A stretch of DNA of 57,545 bases, taken from a virus. Taxonomy: Duplodnaviria; Caudoviricetes. The notes beneath the pieces were generated by a model. It was given only the letters and a program-made list of their open reading frames with translations. It ran no database searches and had not been told where the DNA came from. Numbering within the stretch: position 1 is the stretch's first letter; each line of letters begins with the position of its first letter. Shown here in pieces: positions 52,109 to 57,545 of the stretch. A program made the position numbers and the translations under genes. The stretch is taken from positions 1 through 57,545 of IMG/VR virus record IMGVR_UViG_3300024243_000020; one strand, written 5' to 3'.

Positions 52109-52371
52109 AATATATACGCTATTAATTCATTTTCATCTACTACCTTTAACTCATATAGCATATCATCGTTACCCTCATTAAGGTACTCCAGTTCTATTTT
52201 CATTGCGGTTTCTGCTTCTTCATATGAGTCAAATGGCTCTACTGGATTATCTTCAGATAGATCACCCCAAAGGTATCCTATATCTGCATTTATTCCATTA
52301 TACAACACACTACTCATTATAGTATTTTCATATGGCACGGCGCCAGTATCTACTACATAATAACGTTTCAT
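52105..52371 (-). CDS. Small paralog, same family
   Basis: MKRYYVVD, PFDSYEEA, VDENELIAYIL. Confidence 0.8.
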   Translation of the reverse strand: MKRYYVVDTGAVPYENTIMSSVLYNGINADIGYLWGDLSEDNPVEPFDSYEEAETAMKIELEYLNEGNDDMLYELKVVDENELIAYIL

Positions 52372-52622
52372 AATAAAAAAGCCACCAATTCAGTTTCTGA
52401 TAATACTTTCAAGTTATTTGAACTAGAAATTGTTTTTAATCTAATATCAATTTCATATTGTGCGTCTTGTCTTGACTCATATTGTTTAGCATATTTCGTA
52501 TTCTCTGTCCAATATTCGTTCCAACCATTTTTAGACTTTCCAATCAAATCACGCTTATACCAAATCGGTACTTTATTACGATCACCTATATATTGAAAAT
52601 ATGTTATAATATAATATTTCAT
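52368..52622 (-). CDS. Small paralog, same family
   Basis: MKYYII, QYESRQDA, LSETELVAFLL. Confidence 0.8.
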   Translation of the reverse strand: MKYYIITYFQYIGDRNKVPIWYKRDLIGKSKNGWNEYWTENTKYAKQYESRQDAQYEIDIRLKTISSSNNLKVLSETELVAFLL

Positions 52623-52861
52623 AATATATACGGTATTAATTCATTCTCTGTTAATATCATAAATGATCTTGGTACACTATTTTTCCAATATTCATTTTCA
52701 ATCTTTAATGCTGATTGTGCGTCACTATACGATTGAAATGGTGTAACATCATCAATTCGCTCAATATCATACCACGTATATCCGTCGTTAATATAGCCGT
52801 TATTAAATATTTCATTGCTTACTATTTGTAAATCATTTAAATCTATAATATAATATTTCAT
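52619..52861 (-). CDS. Small paralog, same family
   Basis: MKYYIID, PFQSYSDA, LTENELIPYIL. Confidence 0.8.
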   Translation of the reverse strand: MKYYIIDLNDLQIVSNEIFNNGYINDGYTWYDIERIDDVTPFQSYSDAQSALKIENEYWKNSVPRSFMILTENELIPYIL

Positions 52862-52863
52862 TG

Positions 52864-52936
52864 TGGTGCGAGTTGGGATCGAACCAACATATCTTGGGCT
52901 TCACTCAAGTACCTTAACCACATCGGACTCCGCACC
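52864..52936 (-). tRNA. tRNA-Phe(GAA), atypical
   Basis: GGTGCGG/TCGCACC acceptor, canonical T arm, loop GT-GAA-GC; A8, weak D stem, A31-C39 mismatch. Confidence 0.7.
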
Positions 52937-52946
52937 TTATTTTTTT

Positions 52947-53171
52947 TCATAATAACATTGCAATTAATTCTAATTCAGATACCACTATATCACAATTATC
53001 AGTATACTCATCATCATGGTTGAATTCATTTGCATCTTCTCTCGTTTCAAATATCATAGCTCTTGATATATGTGTTGTTAAATTATTAGTAGCATCAAGT
53101 TCACTACCACGTCTAATGTATCGAACATATCTACCATCTGAATGATCTTTGCATATAATATAATATTTCAT
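52947..53171 (-). CDS. Small paralog, same family
   Basis: MKYYII, IFETREDA, VSELELIAMLL. Confidence 0.8.
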   Translation of the reverse strand: MKYYIICKDHSDGRYVRYIRRGSELDATNNLTTHISRAMIFETREDANEFNHDDEYTDNCDIVVSELELIAMLL

Positions 53172-53434
53172 AATTCTGTAATAACTTTTAGTGCTTCATA
53201 TTCTTGTTCTGTCATTTTAATAATCGTACACATATATTGACGCTCAAGATCATAAAATTTTTCTTTAGTATTAAATATCTTTCTATAATATTTAACGCCA
53301 GATATACCCGAATCACAATATACAACAGCATCTTTAACTCGTGTTGTTAATCTTGCTGTACGATCATCATCATCGATTGATATATACACTGCTGAACTAT
53401 CATATGGTCTATCGAATAATGCTAAATAAATCAT
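53168..53434 (-). CDS. Small paralog, divergent member
   Basis: LTTRVKDAVVY, MTEQEYEALKVITEL. Confidence 0.7.
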   Translation of the reverse strand: MIYLALFDRPYDSSAVYISIDDDDRTARLTTRVKDAVVYCDSGISGVKYYRKIFNTKEKFYDLERQYMCTIIKMTEQEYEALKVITEL

Positions 53435-53643
53435 AACATTAACGCCACTAATTCTTCTTCTTTTAATTTAACAACAATCTCTTCACTAGCCATTATTGCA
53501 TATGCAACGTCTTCGGTATCACATATAAACGCATTATTAATATTTTTTGTATATCCCATTTCATCTTTATGTACATATTCACCAACACAACCATTTACTG
53601 TATCAGTACTTACAATTACATATTTTACAATTCGTTCTGACAT
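53431..53643 (-). CDS. Small paralog, same family
   Basis: KYVIV, YTKNINNAFICDT, LKEEELVALML. Confidence 0.75.
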   Translation of the reverse strand: MSERIVKYVIVSTDTVNGCVGEYVHKDEMGYTKNINNAFICDTEDVAYAIMASEEIVVKLKEEELVALML

Positions 53644-53647
53644 GATA

Positions 53648-53884
53648 TTATAACATTTTTATAATATACTCAGCTTCAGTTAATATAAAAATCTTCTCAT
53701 CATCACCAATACCATGATTATCAATATTTTTCTCAGCATCAATTACTGAATCAAATACTTTAGCGTTATCAATGTCTGGTGTATAATCATCATAACAATC
53801 CACATATTCGCTAAAACTTTCATCACTTTTACATATATTTTGAATTACAATATATGATTTCTTTTTATTTTTTTTGCTTTGCAT
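53648..53884 (-). CDS. Small paralog, same family
   Basis: SYIVI, YTPDIDNAKVFDSVIDA, LTEAEYIIKML. Confidence 0.75.
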   Translation of the reverse strand: MQSKKNKKKSYIVIQNICKSDESFSEYVDCYDDYTPDIDNAKVFDSVIDAEKNIDNHGIGDDEKIFILTEAEYIIKML

Positions 53885-54095
53885 TCTTCTTTTTTGAAGA
53901 TGTATTATTTTTCTTCTTGTTCACCTGCTCGATAATTAACGCAGTTAATTTGGCTCGTTCTTTTTTTGCACCTTTATCTTTTCCAAACATCCCGTCTAGT
54001 CGTTTCAACTGCTGAAGTGGACTTCGTTTCGATCTTGTGCTTTCTCGCATAATAGCCTCATCTTGCTTTCTTTTTTTATTTGCGTTCATTTCCAA
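53865..54095 (-). CDS. Basic hypothetical protein
   Basis: RSPLQQLKRLD...GAKKERAKL. Confidence 0.6.
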   Translation of the reverse strand: MEMNANKKRKQDEAIMRESTRSKRSPLQQLKRLDGMFGKDKGAKKERAKLTALIIEQVNKKKNNTSSKKKNAKQKK

Positions 54096-54480
54096 ACCTT
54101 TTATTTAATCGTTTCCATGTTTTGTGATCTCGATCATCTTTCTTTAATAATCTTTCTGCATTTATTTTTTCTGTTCGCTCACGTTGTTTTTTATTTCTTT
54201 CCATTCTATTTTCAAATTCTTCATCAGTTTCTTCTCGATTACCATACACCATCAGTGATCTAGTATCTTCATACCTATGCCATTCAGTTGTAACTTCAAT
54301 ATTAGTATAGCCAAGTTTTTTACCAGCAACATCTATTTCATCTAAATAAGATTTTATTTTATCAACTGATCCATCGATAAGTTCAACAGATACATATATG
54401 AAATTATCATTTTCATTTTTAAGTATGCCACTTAAATTTTCTCGTAACATTTTTTTCTTATCTACTTTATTTTTTTTCAT
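54076..54480 (-). CDS. Hypothetical protein, paralog of 56606..56944
   Basis: Shared GxRxETDEEFExR motif. Confidence 0.65.
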   Translation of the reverse strand: MKKNKVDKKKMLRENLSGILKNENDNFIYVSVELIDGSVDKIKSYLDEIDVAGKKLGYTNIEVTTEWHRYEDTRSLMVYGNREETDEEFENRMERNKKQRERTEKINAERLLKKDDRDHKTWKRLNKRFGNERK

Positions 54481-54496
54481 TTTTTCTTCTATTTTG

Positions 54497-54581
54497 AGGG
54501 ATGAGTCAGATTCGAACTGACGTGAGAATTTCTTCTAATGGCTTTGCAAACCACCCTATTCAACCACTCTAGCACCATCCC
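54497..54581 (-). tRNA. tRNA-Cys(GCA) with long variable arm
   Basis: Loop TT-GCA-AA, U73, AGAA-GAAA-TTCT extra arm. Confidence 0.82.
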
Positions 54582-54591
54582 ATTGTTTATT

Positions 54592-54846
54592 TCATAACTT
54601 TAATATAACAGCTTTTTCATCTGATATTGATCTTATTTCTAATACATATCTACCAGCCACATCATATAACCAATCTGCATCAGTTGATATCGGCCATAAC
54701 ATTTTTATACATTTCATTGCAAAATATCTTGATTTAAATAGTTTTATATTACGATCTAATACATCTATCCAATAGTCACAATGTCCATCGTTTCCTGTAT
54801 AATAAGCTTCGTCGTGATTGCACTTATCATAAATATAATATTTCAA
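54592..54846 (-). CDS. Small paralog, same family (TTG start)
   Basis: MKYYIYD, LFKSRYFA, ISDEKAVILKL. Confidence 0.7.
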   Translation of the reverse strand: MKYYIYDKCNHDEAYYTGNDGHCDYWIDVLDRNIKLFKSRYFAMKCIKMLWPISTDADWLYDVAGRYVLEIRSISDEKAVILKL

Positions 54847-54853
54847 ATTGTAG

Positions 54854-55105
54854 TCATTTCAATTTTTTCCAAGGATATGACCAACCTCTAGCTGGATTTT
54901 CATTCCAACCGACTGCGTATCCATTTTCTAATTTACACCAATTATATACATATTTTTCTTTAAATATATTGTGCTTAATTTCACCAGTTTCAAATCCATG
55001 TGTAGATACAACATTAACATTCAACCACGTTTCAAGCTTTTCATCTGATTTTGTGATTGGATTAAACTCTTCACCTGTTGACTTGAGCCAATCTTTTAAT
55101 ATCAT
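54854..55105 (-). CDS. Hypothetical protein
   Basis: WCKLENGYAVGWNENPARGWSYP. Confidence 0.65.
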   Translation of the reverse strand: MILKDWLKSTGEEFNPITKSDEKLETWLNVNVVSTHGFETGEIKHNIFKEKYVYNWCKLENGYAVGWNENPARGWSYPWKKLK

Positions 55106-55413
55106 ATTATAATTTTACCGTTTACGATCTTTGCTAATTGTCCAGAATATTTCAACATCTTCTTTCTTGCAATCATCATCTGTTTAAGTGTGATGAATCC
55201 ACGCTTATGATAAAACTTAACAAAACTCGACATGATCATTGCATCAGCACCTGTAAATCCTACACCATTATCATGATTTGTACTATCAGACTGTTGTTCA
55301 TCAAAAGTCTGCAACTCAAAAATCTTACACATTCCACGTAGAACTGCTTCATCTCGTGTTTCTAACAGTTTACGAATTTCTTCTTTTTTCCAAATTCTTT
55401 TTGTGTTCGTCAT
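55102..55413 (-). CDS. Hypothetical phage protein (start moved to ATG 55413)
   Basis: QTFDEQ...NGVGFTGADA; TAAGGA upstream of MTNTKR. Confidence 0.65.
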   Translation of the reverse strand: MTNTKRIWKKEEIRKLLETRDEAVLRGMCKIFELQTFDEQQSDSTNHDNGVGFTGADAMIMSSFVKFYHKRGFITLKQMMIARKKMLKYSGQLAKIVNGKIII

Positions 55414-55501
55414 GTGTGTTTCCTTATGTATTGTTGTCAATTAACTATGTAAATTTAAGAATAAATACACATATAAAAAAACACTTATTTTCATTCATTT
55501 G

Positions 55502-55577
55502 CGGAGCATAAGGGTTTCGAACCCTCCTGATATTCTACGTGACAGGCAGATGACCACACCAAGCAGTCCCATACTCC
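55502..55577 (-). tRNA. tRNA-Asp(GTC)
   Basis: Cloverleaf, loop CT-GTC-AC, G73. Confidence 0.85.
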
Positions 55578-55586
55578 AAATAATAC

Positions 55587-55693
55587 AGTAGATGTTCTTA
55601 ACCGATATTCAACTATGCCGAAGATATACGAATTATATCCCAAGCTGAGATTCGAACTCATTAAAGCCAGTGAGCTCCCACATGGCATCTACT
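55587..55693 (-). ncRNA. Circularly permuted tRNA-like RNA (Y RNA / YrlA-like)
   Basis: Terminal stem AGTAGAT/ATCTACT; internal order: extra hairpin, T arm TGAG-TTCGAAT-CTCA, loop-closed acceptor-like stem, D-like arm with GG. Confidence 0.6.
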
Positions 55694-55696
55694 TTG

Positions 55697-55768
55697 CGCG
55701 TACTGAAAGTTTCGAACTCTCCCATCGGGGTTTGGAATCCCAATCGCCACCAAGGAACATTAGCACGC
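55697..55768 (-). tRNA. tRNA-Trp(CCA), atypical D arm
   Basis: GCGTGCT/AGTACGC acceptor, loop TT-CCA-AA, G73, canonical T arm. Confidence 0.75.
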
Positions 55769-56000
55769 AAATTATGATTGATATATTATTTTGTTTCTTA
55801 TGGTGTTTGCTGGTTGTTTCCAGAAATAATATATTATATGATTTCACATACAATGTATCGTCATTGTATGTCCAATATATAATCCACAGTTCTCTACTAC
55901 ATATACAATGAATAACCAGTTCGATATCCAACTATTCGTTACTATATATTTCAATGAAACCTACCCTCCACGGATAGTGTGTCTATTATCAATCAATTAT

Positions 56001-56140
56001 ATGTGAATAGTGTGTTATTACACCAAAGGGATGCAGTTTCTTTCACCTGTCACTCAGTTTATAAACTCTGATCATTGAACTTTCGTTCTTTCCCCACTCA
56101 TTAAAAGATGGCTACCTCTAAGCCAACTTCCTATTCACAT
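56001..56140 (-). ncRNA. 23S rRNA H43/H44 (uL11-binding GTPase centre) mimic RNA with internal insertion
   Basis: 10-bp terminal stem ATGTGAATAG/CTATTCACAT; AGGAAGTTGGCTTAGAGGTAGCCATCTTTTAATGAG and GTGTAATAACACACT align to E. coli 23S 1054-1089 and 1091-1105. Confidence 0.85.
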
Positions 56141-56143
56141 TTG

Positions 56144-56223
56144 TTGCGGACACGGGAGTCGAACCGCGTTATTTCCGGGTTATGAGCCCAGCGTGATTTA
56201 TGTGTCCATTTCACTCGCCCGCT
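56144..56223 (-). tRNA. tRNA-fMet(CAT), initiator-type with enlarged D loop
   Basis: A1-A72 mismatch, GGG/CCC anticodon stem, loop CT-CAT-AA. Confidence 0.82.
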
Positions 56224-56238
56224 ATTTTTTTCTTCAAT

Positions 56239-56290
56239 TGGTAGCTCTCCACCAACAGCTCATGACACTGTGGTCGTATACAAGAGAGCA
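56239..56290 (-). ncRNA. Armless mini-tRNA-like RNA (CAT loop, encoded CCA)
   Basis: GCTCTC/GAGAGC stem ending T-A-CCA; second stem closing 7-nt loop GT-CAT-GA. Confidence 0.5.
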
Positions 56291-56433
56291 ATTTTAATCT
56301 TTTGTTACTTTATATTTTATACCATTTATAAATATTATACCTGACTTATTAGTACTATTTACAAATTTCATATATTGAATTTTAGCGTTTCTATCATTCA
56401 TTATATTTTGTATTAATTTATATCCTGATGGTT

Positions 56434-56625
56434 TCATTTCATCCATTCTTTCACTCTATGATAGAAATCTTCTGATGTTGCATGTTTTAAAATTTCTCGA
56501 TCTTCTTTTCTCATTTTCTTAACCAATGCACCAGGTTTCTTTCTATCTGCATCCACAAAAACAACTGACATTAGTAATCTGTGAATGACTTCTCTTATTC
56601 TTCGTTTAGATGGTTTTTTCATCAT
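56434..56625 (-). CDS. Basic hypothetical protein
   Basis: ORF overlapping upstream stop. Confidence 0.5.
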   Translation of the reverse strand: MMKKPSKRRIREVIHRLLMSVVFVDADRKKPGALVKKMRKEDREILKHATSEDFYHRVKEWMK

Positions 56626-56944
56626 CTTTCTCTAAATCTTTAAGTTTTTCATATAGCTTTTTATCTTTGTTCATTCTATTTTTCAATCTTGTCAGCTTAC
56701 CATCTGCTTTCCGTTTTCGTTTTTCAAATTCTTCATCTGTTTCAAGTCGTTCGCCCCATATTTCAACTGCACAATATTCATATTCCTCTATCCATTTAAA
56801 TTGAATATCAGTCACGCCTTCAGCTGTCAAATCTTTTTTAATGGTTTTTATTATTGCAATAGTACCATCTATCTCACAATTCAATATTATGTCTGGATCA
56901 AAATATCCCATGCCTTTGTCTGTAAAAATTCTTTTCTTTTTCAT
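56606..56944 (-). CDS. Hypothetical protein, paralog of 54076..54480
   Basis: WGERLETDEEFEKR. Confidence 0.65.
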   Translation of the reverse strand: MKKKRIFTDKGMGYFDPDIILNCEIDGTIAIIKTIKKDLTAEGVTDIQFKWIEEYEYCAVEIWGERLETDEEFEKRKRKADGKLTRLKNRMNKDKKLYEKLKDLEKDDEKTI

Positions 56945-56966
56945 TTCATTTCATCTCTTTCATTTG

Positions 56967-57037
56967 TCTGGTACATTGAGTCTGAGTCAATCAGTCCATG
57001 TTTCCAAAACACAGATGCCACCGTAGGTCAGTACCAG
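56967..57037 (-). ncRNA. Atypical tRNA-Pro(TGG)-like RNA
   Basis: Perfect CTGGTAC/GTACCAG acceptor with C1-G72 and A73; 7-bp stem around TT-TGG-AA; non-canonical T loop CTCAGAC. Confidence 0.6.
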
Positions 57038-57052
57038 TTAATTTATTTTTTG

Positions 57053-57124
57053 TGGAGGATACGGTGATCGAATCCGTGACGCTGACTTGCAAGGCCAGTG
57101 CTTTCCCATCTAAGCTAATCCCCC
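57053..57124 (-). tRNA. tRNA-Ala(TGC)
   Basis: G3-U70, loop CT-TGC-AA; A53-A61 mismatch in T stem. Confidence 0.88.
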
Positions 57125-57134
57125 ATGTTTTATT

Positions 57135-57335
57135 TCATTCTTCTACATATTTCATATACCATTCAGCGTTATTAGTTCTGATATATCCTATTACCCATAT
57201 AAAAGCTGTTACTATCAATCCTTGCACCATAACTGATGGTAATGTAAATATACACCATAATAGTAAATTGAATAATACTCCAACACAAAATACTACAACA
57301 GCAAGTGCTATTAGTTTTTCTTTTAGATCAGTCAT
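57135..57335 (-). CDS. Small membrane protein
   Basis: Two hydrophobic helices; AAGGA upstream. Confidence 0.6.
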   Translation of the reverse strand: MTDLKEKLIALAVVVFCVGVLFNLLLWCIFTLPSVMVQGLIVTAFIWVIGYIRTNNAEWYMKYVEE

Positions 57336-57353
57336 TTTTTTCCTTTTTATTTG

Positions 57354-57444
57354 AGCTGACAGTAGGATTCGAACCTACGTGGGAGAACTTATCTATCCAC
57401 CTGATTACAAGTCAGGACCTGTCGACCGCTTAGGTAATGTCAGC
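57354..57444 (-). tRNA. tRNA-Thr(TGT) with long variable region
   Basis: GCTGACA/TGTCAGC acceptor, CCTGA-CTTGTAA-TCAGG, ~21-nt variable region. Confidence 0.85.
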
Positions 57445-57545
57445 ATAATTTTTTATTTTATTCAGATAATAACACATCATCTAGCTTTCCATCCATAGGA
57501 AATATTAAAGTCATTGGAATTGACTACTAGACAATATATTATTAT

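Noticed and set aside
51850-52870. Repeats at ~250-bp spacing as a CRISPR array or integron attC sites
   Set aside because: Repeats are degenerate coding junctions, the spacers are full ORFs, and no cas or integrase gene is in the window
55951-55978. GC-rich hairpin CTATCC-GTGGA-GGGTAG on the minus strand
   Set aside because: Too short to assign; may belong to another RNA but no larger fold could be supported
56001-56140. Host rRNA contamination or rRNA pseudogene
   Set aside because: Similarity is confined to H43/H44, is split by a structured insert, has its own closing stem and shows compensatory changes
48903-57354. ORFs 48903..49085, 48985..49167, 55491..55688, 55615..55911, 55689..55931, 56801..57067, 56998..57354
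   Set aside because: Overlap tRNA or structured RNA genes that explain the sequence better
1-57545. Stop-codon reassignment
   Set aside because: Long genes are intact in the standard code, TAA, TAG and TGA all end genes at tight junctions, and no suppressor tRNA was seen

Overview
AT-rich segment of a large tailed-phage genome (contractile-tail, jumbo-phage-like), standard genetic code, almost all genes on the minus strand. Left to right: two paralogous GNVGIGTTTP-repeat tail fibres separated by a GIY-YIG/NUMOD3 homing endonuclease; an inverted island of five small paralogs; a fused SbcD-SbcC (Mre11-Rad50) protein, primase and RuvC-like resolvase; a baseplate/tail module (gp25-, gp6-, gp7-like) containing a 2352-aa subtilase with Cys-rich GCTD repeats; a gp55-like sigma factor; tmRNA; peptide deformylase, HAD nucleotidase, beta-barrel protein, AAA ATPase, YkuK-like protein; and a tRNA array interleaved with nine more of the small paralogs. 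The strongest novel signal is a set of non-canonical RNAs in the tRNA array: a 140-nt mimic of the 23S rRNA uL11-binding GTPase-associated centre (H43/H44, with compensatory and base-triple covariation plus an inserted domain), a circularly permuted Y RNA-like tRNA mimic, an armless 52-nt CAU mini-tRNA with encoded CCA, rearranged Arg- and Pro-like tRNAs, and Cys and Thr tRNAs with long variable arms. All calls are by eye from motifs and pairing; no database searches were run.
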